Shown one piece after another: positions 48,847 through 58,480 of a stretch of DNA of 64,000 nucleotides. This DNA is from Candidatus Binatia bacterium (GTDB lineage: Bacteria > Desulfobacterota > Binatia > HRBIN30), in NCBI GenBank assembly GCA_038245295.1, contig JBBRSP010000001.1, forward strand, positions 384,001-448,000, read 5' to 3'. Under the pieces are notes generated by a model. The model saw nothing but the letters and a program-made list of their open reading frames with translations, was not told the DNA's origin and searched no databases. Each line of letters opens with the position of its first letter. The stretch's first letter is position 1. The position numbers were made by a program, and so were the translations under genes.

Positions 48847-50003
48847 GTCATCCCGATAAGGTGATCCTCGCCGGCTATCTCGTACGCTGCCCGCTCGGCG
48901 GCTACGCCTGGCAGGTTCTGCAATACATGGCCGGGCTGCGCGCCGCCGGCTTCGATCCGTACTTCTACGAAGATACGGCATACTATTGGGACTGCTTCGA
49001 TCCGACCACCGGCAAAATGCCCAGCGGGCCCGAAGCCGGGCTGCGGTGCACGCGTGAGCTGTTCGAGCGCTACGGGTTTGGCGACCGGTGGGTCTTTTGG
49101 GATGCACAGCGCGGGCAGCATCATGGCATGAGCGCATCCGATCTCACCGAGCTGCTGTGGGAAACGCGCTATGTGATCACCCTGGCGGCGGTGACGCGCC
49201 TGCCGCGCCGCCACCGCGAGTGCAAGATCTTCCTCGATATCGATCCCGGGTTTACGCAAATCGTCGTCGATCAGGGCAAGTATGAATCGCGCGGCCTGCT
49301 GGCCGAGCACGATCTGCACTTTACGTTTGGCGAGAACATCGGCACGCCCGGATGCCATATTCCGAATGCCGGCTTCGAGTGGCGACCGACACGGCAGCCG
49401 ATCGCGACCGATTGGTGGGAGCCCCTGCCGGCGGACTCGCGGGCGCCTTTCACTACCATCGGCCGCTGGAACGAGAGTGCCCGCGATCTGACGTTCGAGG
49501 GCGTCACCTATTGTTGGCGCAAACGTGTCGAGTGGATGAAGTTTCTCGAACTGCCGCAGCGCACGCAGAGCCGCTTCGCTCCCGCCATCGACGCCGATCG
49601 GATTCCGGAGGACGCGGCGGCATTGCGCGCCTACGGATGGGCGACGCGCGATCCGGTGCAGCTTTCTGCCGATGCCATGGGATATCGCGACTTCATCCGC
49701 GGCTCGCGCGGCGAGTTCACCGTCGCCAAGGATCTCAATGTCCGGTTGGCAACCGGTTGGTTCAGCGATCGCGCCGCCTGTTACCTGGCGGCCGGTCGTC
49801 CGGTGATCAACCAGGACACCGGTTTCGGGAACATCCTACCGGTCGGGGATGGTCTGTTCGCCGTTCGCACCTTGGACGACGCCACGGCCGCCGTCGCGGC
49901 GATCCAATCCAACTATGACCACCACTCCGCCGCGGCCCGGGCAATTGCCAAGGAATACTTCGAGGCCGGTGATGTCATGCGGCGGCTCATGAACAACGTG
50001 TGA
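48843..50003 (+). CDS. Atypical GT-B fold glycosyltransferase-like protein, paralog 3
   Basis: GTGA overlap; PLGGYAWQVLQY, LDIDPGF, GWFSDRAACYLAAGRPVINQDTGF. Confidence 0.8.
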   Translation: MSHPDKVILAGYLVRCPLGGYAWQVLQYMAGLRAAGFDPYFYEDTAYYWDCFDPTTGKMPSGPEAGLRCTRELFERYGFGDRWVFWDAQRGQHHGMSASDLTELLWETRYVITLAAVTRLPRRHRECKIFLDIDPGFTQIVVDQGKYESRGLLAEHDLHFTFGENIGTPGCHIPNAGFEWRPTRQPIATDWWEPLPADSRAPFTTIGRWNESARDLTFEGVTYCWRKRVEWMKFLELPQRTQSRFAPAIDADRIPEDAAALRAYGWATRDPVQLSADAMGYRDFIRGSRGEFTVAKDLNVRLATGWFSDRAACYLAAGRPVINQDTGFGNILPVGDGLFAVRTLDDATAAVAAIQSNYDHHSAAARAIAKEYFEAGDVMRRLMNNV

Positions 50004-50098
50004 CGATCGCTCCAAGCGCGACGCAAAAGTGACCTTCCGCGTCCGGCGCGTCACTCTTGCGACACAGTTTCCCAAGAGAACGAGCAAAAGATTGCGCG

Positions 50099-50127
50099 TT
50101 GACACGTGTAGACGCGACCCTGATCAT
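50099..50127 (+). promoter_or_regulatory. Putative sigma70-type promoter of the DUF1800/DUF1501 cluster
   Basis: TTGACA-17 nt-GATCAT upstream of SD GGAGG and ATG50201. Confidence 0.35.
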
Positions 50128-50200
50128 CCTGGCTCGTAATTCGCTTACGGAACGCCCCTGAGGCGTAGGGCGTTCTAACGCATGGAGGGAGATCACCGCG

Positions 50201-51670
50201 ATGGGTGACCAGAATACGGTTCTTTCCGCATCCGATGCGGCGCATTTTCTGCGGCGTACCGGCTTCGGTGCCGCACCGAAGGATGTTGCGACGTACACGG
50301 GGCTGACGCGCGGCCAGGCGGCGGACAAAATTCTCAATTTCAACACCGCCGGGGTGTTCCGACCGCGGGGCAACGACAGCCGCAAGCTGCGCGACTCCTG
50401 GCTGAAATACATGATCCGCAGCAACCGCCAGCTGCAGGAGAAGCTCGTCCTGTTCTGGCACGATCACTTCGCCGCGGGTGCGGACAAAGTAGGCAACAGC
50501 CTGCGTACCGCCGACTACAACCACCTGTTACGCCTGAACTGCAAAGGCAATCTCAAGAATTTCGTGAAGGCCATCAACCTCGATGGCGCCATTATGGTGT
50601 ACCTCGACACCGTCGATAACCATAAGGATCAGCCGAACGAGAACTACGCCCGCGAGTTGCAAGAACTGTTCACCCTCGGAGTCAGAGATCTGAACGGCAT
50701 GCCCAACTATGCGCAGGCGGACATCGTGCAGATTGCCCGCGCCTTCAGCGGTTGGGACTCGAGCTACAACAAGAACAAGCCGTCGTTCAACGACTACGAT
50801 CACGACTACACGATGGACTTTCCGGCCCGTGGGGCGAAGGTAATCTACCAGACCCATGGCGGGTTCGGTCCGGCGGGGAAGGACTTTACCCTGCCGGCTG
50901 GCGAAGGTCCGGCGGAGATCAGCCAGGTCATCGACATCATCTTCCAGCACACCGACTCGGACGGCAAGAACACCGTGACGCGCTTCATCACACACAAGCT
51001 GCTCGAGTACTTCGGTCATGCCGGCCCATCCAAGACGATCGTTACCGATTTAATCACGACGTCGAGCTTCGACACGACGTTCGAGATCTCGCCGTTGCTG
51101 CGGGCGATCTTCACGCACGACTTCTTCTACGAGACGGCGGTGCCGGCACCCTTCAACGGGGCGACGCAGAAGTCGGTGAAGTGGCCGATCGATTATGTCG
51201 TCAGCACCTTGAAAGCCCTCAAGATCAATCTGAAGCAGACCAAGTACGACCTCTACATCAACGGAAGTTTCTACAGCAACATCCACAACAGCCTGGAAAA
51301 CATGGGCCAGCTGATTCTCGAGCCGCCGAGCGTTTTCGGGTGGGATTGGGAGACGGCGTGGTTGAGCAGCGCGACCCTGCTGTCGCGCTTCGAGTTCGCC
51401 CGCAACGCGACCAACGCCTACGGCAACGGCCGAACGAAGTTCCATCCGGAGAAACTGATCGATCTGGGTCTGTCCGACCCCGGCGACATTGTCGACGCGG
51501 TGACGACGTATCTGGGAGTCAAAGATCAGTTCAGCACATCCGATCGCCTGGCGCTGATCGCGTACCTCGGTGCCGGCCCGATTGATCTGCACAATCAGGA
51601 CACGCGTGAGGTCAAACTCAACGGCTTGTTCACCCTGGTCCTGCAGGCACCGGCGTTTCAAGTTCACTGA
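50201..51670 (+). CDS. DUF1800 family protein, copy 1
   Basis: AAHFLRRTGFG, LQEKLVLFWHDHFA, YLD, PNENYARELQELFTLG, PPSVFGW; no signal peptide. Confidence 0.92.
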   Translation: MGDQNTVLSASDAAHFLRRTGFGAAPKDVATYTGLTRGQAADKILNFNTAGVFRPRGNDSRKLRDSWLKYMIRSNRQLQEKLVLFWHDHFAAGADKVGNSLRTADYNHLLRLNCKGNLKNFVKAINLDGAIMVYLDTVDNHKDQPNENYARELQELFTLGVRDLNGMPNYAQADIVQIARAFSGWDSSYNKNKPSFNDYDHDYTMDFPARGAKVIYQTHGGFGPAGKDFTLPAGEGPAEISQVIDIIFQHTDSDGKNTVTRFITHKLLEYFGHAGPSKTIVTDLITTSSFDTTFEISPLLRAIFTHDFFYETAVPAPFNGATQKSVKWPIDYVVSTLKALKINLKQTKYDLYINGSFYSNIHNSLENMGQLILEPPSVFGWDWETAWLSSATLLSRFEFARNATNAYGNGRTKFHPEKLIDLGLSDPGDIVDAVTTYLGVKDQFSTSDRLALIAYLGAGPIDLHNQDTREVKLNGLFTLVLQAPAFQVH

Positions 51671-51690
51671 GTGGGTGGAGGAATCATTCG

Positions 51691-53100
51691 ATGGCACTGT
51701 CTAGACGACAATTTCTTTCCCGCACCGGCCTGGCCACGGCGGGTATGTTTGGTTCGGGGTTGTGGCGGAGTCCGTTCATCCGGCGCGCCTACGCCGATAC
51801 CATCGGCGACCGTTATGTGATCTCGCTGTTCCTCAATGGCGGCAACGATGGACTGAATACCGTTACGCCGATCGCCAACGGCGGTAGCGGCACGTTGCGT
51901 ACGGCTTATCAGGTGGCGCGTAAGACCGGAGTTGGTGGGCTGCAACTCTCGGCGGCCGAGCTCGCCGCCACGGCAATCGGCAACGATCCGATTTCGGGAA
52001 CACCGTTGGCGCTACACCCCGGCTTGGTTGGATTATCGAGCCTGTATAACGCAGGGCACGTTGCTGTCATTCAGGGCTGTGGATACCCGGACTACAATCT
52101 GTCGCACGAAACCTCGCGTCGCACCTGGGAGACCGCCATCCTGGGCGGCAACGGCAACGGCTGGATCGGCCGCTACCTGGCGCAGAACTATGGCGGTACC
52201 GACATCCCGGCGCTCAATATCTCGGGTGGTGTCGCGGGTGATTTCCAGCAAAATGCCACCAGCGTGCTGGCGGCTGATCGGGTTGCCTATCTGGAGTTCC
52301 CGTACGGCTACAACTCGGACAGCGAAAAGCTCGCCAAACGCGCTTGTTTCAACTCCCTTTATGGTGATGCCGCCTCGTCGTTGCAGGCTGCCTTGAGCTA
52401 CACGGGCTCGGCCGGTTCCGCGACTCTCGACGCCACGGATAGCTACCCGGGGCTCGAAGATCTCTACGTCGCCGATCGCGCCAGCTTCGACCTGCAGTAC
52501 GACACGCTCGACAAGAGCACCGGCAACGACCTGCGCGAGATTGCCAAGGTGATGTACGGCGTCAAGCAGAACGCGATGGGCGTCCACGCGCGTCACTTCG
52601 AGCTCTCGAACGGTGGCTACGACACCCACTCGGATCAAGGCACCAGCGGGGCGATGGACCAGCACTATGGGTTACACCGCGAGCTCGGTGATTCACTGCA
52701 GCTGTTCTACTCGGACATTGCCGACATGGGCCTGGCGAGCAAGACGCTCATCTTCGTGTTCACCGAATTCTCGCGTCGCGTCACCCAGAACGACAGCGGT
52801 ACCGATCATGGATCGCAGGGGCCGGTATTCGTCATCGGCGGTGCCGTCAACGGTGGCGTCTACGGCAACCACCCGAACATCAATGCCGCCGCTCTCGATG
52901 ACGGCGACAACACGGTCTACTCGCAGGCCGTTGCTGATCCGTATCGCTCGACCGACATGCGCGACATCTACGGAACGATCCTCAAACACTGGCTCAACAT
53001 GTCGGCGCCGACGATTCTGTCGTCGGTGCTTACCGCGGATGGCGGTGATCCTGATCTCTACTGGACGGCACCGAATTTCGACATGGGATTCCTGCCCTGA
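51691..53100 (+). CDS. DUF1501 family protein with Tat signal, copy 1
   Basis: SRRQFL; GGNDGLNT, LHP, GGYDTH, TEFSRR, GTDHG. Confidence 0.92.
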   Translation: MALSRRQFLSRTGLATAGMFGSGLWRSPFIRRAYADTIGDRYVISLFLNGGNDGLNTVTPIANGGSGTLRTAYQVARKTGVGGLQLSAAELAATAIGNDPISGTPLALHPGLVGLSSLYNAGHVAVIQGCGYPDYNLSHETSRRTWETAILGGNGNGWIGRYLAQNYGGTDIPALNISGGVAGDFQQNATSVLAADRVAYLEFPYGYNSDSEKLAKRACFNSLYGDAASSLQAALSYTGSAGSATLDATDSYPGLEDLYVADRASFDLQYDTLDKSTGNDLREIAKVMYGVKQNAMGVHARHFELSNGGYDTHSDQGTSGAMDQHYGLHRELGDSLQLFYSDIADMGLASKTLIFVFTEFSRRVTQNDSGTDHGSQGPVFVIGGAVNGGVYGNHPNINAAALDDGDNTVYSQAVADPYRSTDMRDIYGTILKHWLNMSAPTILSSVLTADGGDPDLYWTAPNFDMGFLP

Positions 53101-53143
53101 CAGTTCAACGGCGTCGATTCGCGGAAGGGAACTAAGAGGATTC

Positions 53144-54217
53144 ATGCAACGCACCCCATCGCTGATGCTAGTTCTGGCCTTGGTGGCCGTGGCTTCTACG
53201 ACGCGCGCCCAAATGATCGGTGGTGGCGGTCCGGCGAGCACCGATTGCTGGGTGACACTATCCTCCATGCCGTCGCCCAACCGCCCGACATCGAAGCCAA
53301 GCTACGTGCAGTGCGCCGATCAGGACGTGACGTGTGGTGACCAGAACCCGGCCCTCGGCTACTGCCAGTTCCAGGCGCAGTTATCGTTGAACACGTCGAC
53401 CGGCTTCCCTTTGTGTGCGCCGACCGACGCGATGGGCTTCAACATCCCATACTCCGGACCAACCAACGACGATCATCCAAAACACATCAACGACTTCGAG
53501 GTGCTGCAGCAGTTTGGCGAAGGCAACATGCCGCTGAGCAGCACCGACCTCGACAAACTTTCCGGCTTCAAATCGATCGGTGTGCGGCTGGGAGTTTCGT
53601 TGAGTGGTAAGCCGCACTTCATCAATACGACGCTCAAACTCCAGCCGACGGTGTGTACGAGCGGATTGCTTACCGATGGCAAATGCCCCCCGGGGTTCGC
53701 CAAGGATAGCGATACCTTCAAGTTCGTCTGCACGGCGCCCGTCGACATGACCGGTGCCAAGATCAGCCCGTGCAGCGGCATCGCCAGCACGTTCCAGCAG
53801 ATCCAGGAGCATATCTTCGATCGCAAGTGCAGCAATATGGCGACCTGCCACGGCTCAGCCGATCCGGCCCACGATCTGTGTCTCAAGCCAATCTGTGGGG
53901 CGCGCTCCGCCTACACCGACCTCGTCGGGGTCACGCCGCACAATTTCTTCGCCAGCACGGACGGCTTGAAGCGTGTCGATCCGACCAATCTCTCGAACAG
54001 CCTGCTGTGGCGCAAGCTCAAAGGCGGCAGTCTGCTCAACAACACGACGTTCGGCACCAGCGCCTACGGCTTCCGTATGCCGTACCACAATCCCAGCGCC
54101 GATCGGGCGCGACCGAAACTCACGGGCGGTGAGATCAAGTTGATCGAGCAATGGATTCTTGCGGGAGCCCCTCAGACGGGGTTCATCGCGACCACGTTCA
54201 GCGGGGCATGCCAGTAA
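53144..54217 (+). CDS. Secreted Cys-rich protein with C-terminal cytochrome c-like domain (CX5CH)
   Basis: SD AGAGGA; signal peptide; IQEHIFDRKCSNMATCH...RVDP....SLLWRKL...RMP...IEQWILAGAP. Confidence 0.75.
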   Translation: MQRTPSLMLVLALVAVASTTRAQMIGGGGPASTDCWVTLSSMPSPNRPTSKPSYVQCADQDVTCGDQNPALGYCQFQAQLSLNTSTGFPLCAPTDAMGFNIPYSGPTNDDHPKHINDFEVLQQFGEGNMPLSSTDLDKLSGFKSIGVRLGVSLSGKPHFINTTLKLQPTVCTSGLLTDGKCPPGFAKDSDTFKFVCTAPVDMTGAKISPCSGIASTFQQIQEHIFDRKCSNMATCHGSADPAHDLCLKPICGARSAYTDLVGVTPHNFFASTDGLKRVDPTNLSNSLLWRKLKGGSLLNNTTFGTSAYGFRMPYHNPSADRARPKLTGGEIKLIEQWILAGAPQTGFIATTFSGACQ

Positions 54218-54279
54218 TCGGGAAGTTGCGCGCGGTGGCGGCCAGCGGCGCGACTCATTGACGGGGAGGAATACGGCGT

Positions 54280-55773
54280 ATGCCCAATATCAGTCCGGCT
54301 GCGTGGAATTACGACACGGCGGCGCATCTCCTACTGAGAGCCGGGTTCGGTCACGATGGCCGCTTCCGCAAATCGGCCGGCGAGGCCAATCAGGTCAGTT
54401 CCCTGGCCAAGAAGACTCCTGACGATGCCGTTGCCGCGTTGTTGCGCATGAAGACGTCGACGGCCCGCGGGCCGGCCAAGCTCGGCGACGGCAACTGGGC
54501 CAAGCTGCAAGGCTGGTGGCTCGATCGCATGGTGAAGAACCCCAAGGCCGTGCGTGAGAAGGCGGTCCTGTTCCTGCACGCCCATTTCGCCACGGCGCGC
54601 GCCAAGGTCGACCGGCCCTACTACATGGCGATTCAGAATGCGCTGTTTCGCGAGTTTGCACTCGGCGACTTCCGCAAGTTGGTCAAGCGCATCAACATCG
54701 ATCCGGCGATGCTGTGGTGGCTCGATGGAATCTCCAACAAGAAGGGCTTCCCGAACGAGAACTACGGTCGCGAGCTGCAAGAGTTGTTCACCCTCGGCGT
54801 TTACGACTTCGCCGGCAACAAGAACTACTCGCAGAACGATGTGGAGCAAGCCGCCAAGATCCTGACCGGTTGGCGCAACCGCGAGGATCACGCCAAGCTG
54901 TCTTCCTACTTCACGATGAGCCGCCATGAACCCGGATCGAAGACGATCTACGCCTCCGATGCGGCGGAAACGCCGAACCAGAATCCGACGAATCAGTACC
55001 TCGAGCCGGCCAATGCGATGGACGAGACTCTGGCGACCACCGAGCACGAGCGCTTGATCGATGCGATCTTCAACCACGTCGATACGGAAGGCCGGCCGAC
55101 CGTGGCGCGTTACATGGCTCGAAAGGCGTGGAAGTTCTACGCCTACGACCCCGTGGTCGACATGGGAACGTCGCGCGCCGACCTCTCGCTGATCGACGAC
55201 TTGGCCGACGCATTCAAAAACAGCGGGTACAATTTCGGCGAGCTGTTGCGGGCGATCTTCCTGCGCGAAGAGTTCTACGCCGACAGCACCAAGACGGTGA
55301 AAAGTCCGGTCGAGTACGTCGTCGGCACGCTGCGCATGCTGCGTGGCAAGCTCAAGGGCGCGACGCGCGACAACTATTCTGCCGGCAAGCTTGCCGACAT
55401 GGGGCAAGAGATCTTCAACCCGCCCGATGTCTTCAGCTGGCGCGGCAACGACGCCTGGATTACCTCGCAGACGATGCTCAAGCGCTGCGAGTTTGCTCGC
55501 GACCTGGCGCAGAACGACACGAGCACCAAGCACGAGCTTGGATTCAATATCTTCGGCTTCATCGATATTGCCGAGACGACACGCGCCGGTGTCGTCGATC
55601 AATTGTTGAAACTTCTAGGCCCTCTGCCAGTGGATTCGATGACTCGTGACGAGTTGATCGCCTGGCTCGGCACCATGGATCCGATCGATCTCACGGACAC
55701 AACGTTCGTCGACAAGAACGTGCGCGCCCTGATCAATCTGATTCTGACGCTGCCGCAGTACCACGTGCAGTGA
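54280..55773 (+). CDS. DUF1800 family protein, copy 2
   Basis: AAHLLLRAGFG, REKAVLFLHAHFAT, PNENYGRELQELFTLG, KSPVEY, PPDVFSW; no signal peptide. Confidence 0.92.
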   Translation: MPNISPAAWNYDTAAHLLLRAGFGHDGRFRKSAGEANQVSSLAKKTPDDAVAALLRMKTSTARGPAKLGDGNWAKLQGWWLDRMVKNPKAVREKAVLFLHAHFATARAKVDRPYYMAIQNALFREFALGDFRKLVKRINIDPAMLWWLDGISNKKGFPNENYGRELQELFTLGVYDFAGNKNYSQNDVEQAAKILTGWRNREDHAKLSSYFTMSRHEPGSKTIYASDAAETPNQNPTNQYLEPANAMDETLATTEHERLIDAIFNHVDTEGRPTVARYMARKAWKFYAYDPVVDMGTSRADLSLIDDLADAFKNSGYNFGELLRAIFLREEFYADSTKTVKSPVEYVVGTLRMLRGKLKGATRDNYSAGKLADMGQEIFNPPDVFSWRGNDAWITSQTMLKRCEFARDLAQNDTSTKHELGFNIFGFIDIAETTRAGVVDQLLKLLGPLPVDSMTRDELIAWLGTMDPIDLTDTTFVDKNVRALINLILTLPQYHVQ

Positions 55774-55787
55774 GAAGGAGGCGCCTC

Positions 55788-57248
55788 ATGCCATTCAATC
55801 GACGAGAATTTCTACAAGGCACCCTGGCTGCCGCCGCGGCGGCGTCGTTTCCCACCATCTGGATGCGCGCCCGCGAGGCGAGGGCGCTCGACACGTGCGA
55901 GCAGGGGATCAACTTTGTCATCGTCCAGCTGAAGGGCGGCAACGACGGTCTCAATACGCTGATCCCGATGACCGACGGCACCGGCCAGAATCGCACCGTC
56001 TACACGGCGAAGCGTCCGTACTTGGGCATCAATCCGAGCGACCTGGCGGCGACACAGGTCAGTAACGATCCGCTGCACAACGGCCAGTTGGCGTTGCACC
56101 CGCACATGCTTGGCTTGAAGGGCCTGTTCGACTCGGGAAATCTTGCCGTCCTCGCCGGCTGCCACTACGCCCAGCCGAATCTGTCGCACGACGTCTCGGA
56201 GCGTATCTGGTATCGCGCCGACCCGCCTCTGCATGGGCCCGGCACTGGTTGGGTCGGCCGCGTGCTGGATGGCCTGTGTGTGGGCCAGCCCCTGGCGGTT
56301 CCCGCGGTCGACACCTCGAGCCAGCTGACGCCGCTGTTCTATGGCAACACGTCGGTGCTGGCCTTCGACAGCTTGTTGAGCCTGTCGTTCCCGACCCTCG
56401 GTAGCCTGAGCACGACGCAGAAAGCCGACTACAAGGCGCGCTTCCTTAATATCTACAACCAGGCGATCTCCTCCGGCGGCTATCTCGGGAAGCTCGGCGG
56501 CTCCGGCTACGCCGCCGTGTCGAAAATCAACGATTACAAAACGACGACGAGCACGACGGCGACGAATCTGAACGATCTGATCAACGGCACGACCCTCAGC
56601 AGTTCCGGCGCCTTCGGCGTTTCTGGCAAGACCCAGGGCTACGGCCTGGCGAAGTCCCTGCGCACCATTCTGGCGTTGATGAAGGGCGAGCAGCCCGGCA
56701 ACGTACCTCTCGGATGCCGCATCTTCCGCGCTTCGATCGGCGGCTTTGACACGCACGGCGATCAAGGGGCTCACATCCCGCTCGGTACGAAGAGCATCGC
56801 CACAAAGGTCAATGAGGGATTCGCCAATGAGAATTACGGGGCGTTGATGCACCGCCTCGATCGCGCCGTGTCGGCGTTCTGGCAGGATCTGAAGGACAAC
56901 AACCTGCACGGCAACACGGTGGTCATGGCGTTCTCCGAATTCGGGCGCCGCATCGAAGAGAACGGCAATCACGACGCCGACAGCGGCACCGATCACGGCA
57001 GCGCCGGGCCGGCCTTTGTCATCGGACCCAAGGCCGGAGAGTCAACCGCCGCCGCGCACATGGTCGGCGGTCTGTACGGCGCCTTCCCCGAGCTGAACGT
57101 TCCCGACAGCAACGGCAACATGGTCTATCAGCTTGATTTTCGGCAAATGTACGGCGAACTCATGACCAAGTGGTTCGGACTCGGCAACGGAACCGTCAGC
57201 ACGATCCTCAACGGCTTCAGTTACTCGCCCGTTGGCTTCCTAGTATGA
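55788..57248 (+). CDS. DUF1501 family protein with Tat signal, copy 2
   Basis: SD AGGAGG; NRREFL; GGNDGLNT, GGFDTH, SEFGRR, GTDHG, DFRQMY. Confidence 0.92.
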   Translation: MPFNRREFLQGTLAAAAAASFPTIWMRAREARALDTCEQGINFVIVQLKGGNDGLNTLIPMTDGTGQNRTVYTAKRPYLGINPSDLAATQVSNDPLHNGQLALHPHMLGLKGLFDSGNLAVLAGCHYAQPNLSHDVSERIWYRADPPLHGPGTGWVGRVLDGLCVGQPLAVPAVDTSSQLTPLFYGNTSVLAFDSLLSLSFPTLGSLSTTQKADYKARFLNIYNQAISSGGYLGKLGGSGYAAVSKINDYKTTTSTTATNLNDLINGTTLSSSGAFGVSGKTQGYGLAKSLRTILALMKGEQPGNVPLGCRIFRASIGGFDTHGDQGAHIPLGTKSIATKVNEGFANENYGALMHRLDRAVSAFWQDLKDNNLHGNTVVMAFSEFGRRIEENGNHDADSGTDHGSAGPAFVIGPKAGESTAAAHMVGGLYGAFPELNVPDSNGNMVYQLDFRQMYGELMTKWFGLGNGTVSTILNGFSYSPVGFLV

Positions 57249-57311
57249 GCGACGCGGCAGTAACTCCGCGGCGTTCCTCAACCGGAGACAGTCTTGGGAG
57301 GGAATCGGTCA

Positions 57312-58433
57312 ATGCACATTGGGCATAGACCCTGGAAACGAGTTGCTTGGGTATGCTTGACGGCGTTGGTCTGGCTCGGAGTCGGACATGCGGCTCTGGC
57401 GCAGGCGGATCTCTCCGGTTCGTATGACGGACAGCTGGTGGCGACGAACGGCGTCACCGCCAGCAGCGTGGCGGCCACACTCAGTCAGTCTGGTCGCGTT
57501 TTGAGCGGTACGGTTTCGCTGACGCTGAGCGAGGCGCGACTGACGGGAACCTACAATGTGCACGGGAAGAATACCGGGAAACGATTCTGGCATCTCGGCA
57601 AGAGTGACACGGGCGCGCGCTTCTCGTGGCGCGGCCCGGCGAGCGCCGCGCCACTGACCGGACGCCTGCGACTTGCTACCCGACCGTACGTCCACCTGCG
57701 CGGCACCCTCACCCTCACGCCTGGCACAGGAGGAGGGGGTGGTGGCACGGGTACCGGTGCTGCCTTGTACACGCAGAACTGTTCCGCCTGCCACGGCGCG
57801 GATGCGCGCGGTGTGGCCGGACGCCCCGACATTCACTGCAATAAGGCGATTCACGACACGGTGCGCAACGGCCGTACCGGCTCGATCGGGGTGATGCCGG
57901 CGTTTGCGAACCTGTCCGACGCCGACATTGCGGCGATTCAAAGTTTCTTGAACAGCCTGTGCACGACGCCGCAAACTCCGGCGGAGTTCTTCAGCAGCTC
58001 CTGCGCCTCTTGCCACGGCAGCGACGCGGCGGGCCTCGGTGGGCGGCCGGATATCCGCTGCACCGTGCGTAGCCGCATCTACAATGCGATGCGCAGTGGG
58101 CGCGGCAACGGTCTGATGCCGGTGTTCACGGCTAGCGCGGTGCCCGATACCCAAGTCGATCAGCTCGCCGACTACCTAGGGTCGCTGTGCGACGGCACGC
58201 CGGCCGGATTCTTCCGATCCAACTGTGTGACCTGTCACGGCGCCACCGGCGGCGGCGGTGTCAACGCCGATGGGATTCCTGGGCCAAATATGCGCTGTAC
58301 CGCGACCAACGACTTCCTGGAGAAGGTCCAATTGGGCAGCAATCCGATGCCGGCCTTCCCCGAATTCACGACAACCGATGTCCAGGCGATCGCCAGTTTT
58401 GTGCAGGTGAATTTCTGTCCGCTCGGCGGCTGA
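57312..58433 (+). CDS. Exported triheme c-type cytochrome with N-terminal beta-rich domain
   Basis: Signal peptide; CSACH, CASCH, CVTCH each followed by an MPxF distal-Met motif. Confidence 0.9.
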   Translation: MHIGHRPWKRVAWVCLTALVWLGVGHAALAQADLSGSYDGQLVATNGVTASSVAATLSQSGRVLSGTVSLTLSEARLTGTYNVHGKNTGKRFWHLGKSDTGARFSWRGPASAAPLTGRLRLATRPYVHLRGTLTLTPGTGGGGGGTGTGAALYTQNCSACHGADARGVAGRPDIHCNKAIHDTVRNGRTGSIGVMPAFANLSDADIAAIQSFLNSLCTTPQTPAEFFSSSCASCHGSDAAGLGGRPDIRCTVRSRIYNAMRSGRGNGLMPVFTASAVPDTQVDQLADYLGSLCDGTPAGFFRSNCVTCHGATGGGGVNADGIPGPNMRCTATNDFLEKVQLGSNPMPAFPEFTTTDVQAIASFVQVNFCPLGG

Positions 58434-58480
58434 GCGCCACGGCACGCGACTCGATTTCGGACGACCAGAGGAGAGAGAAA

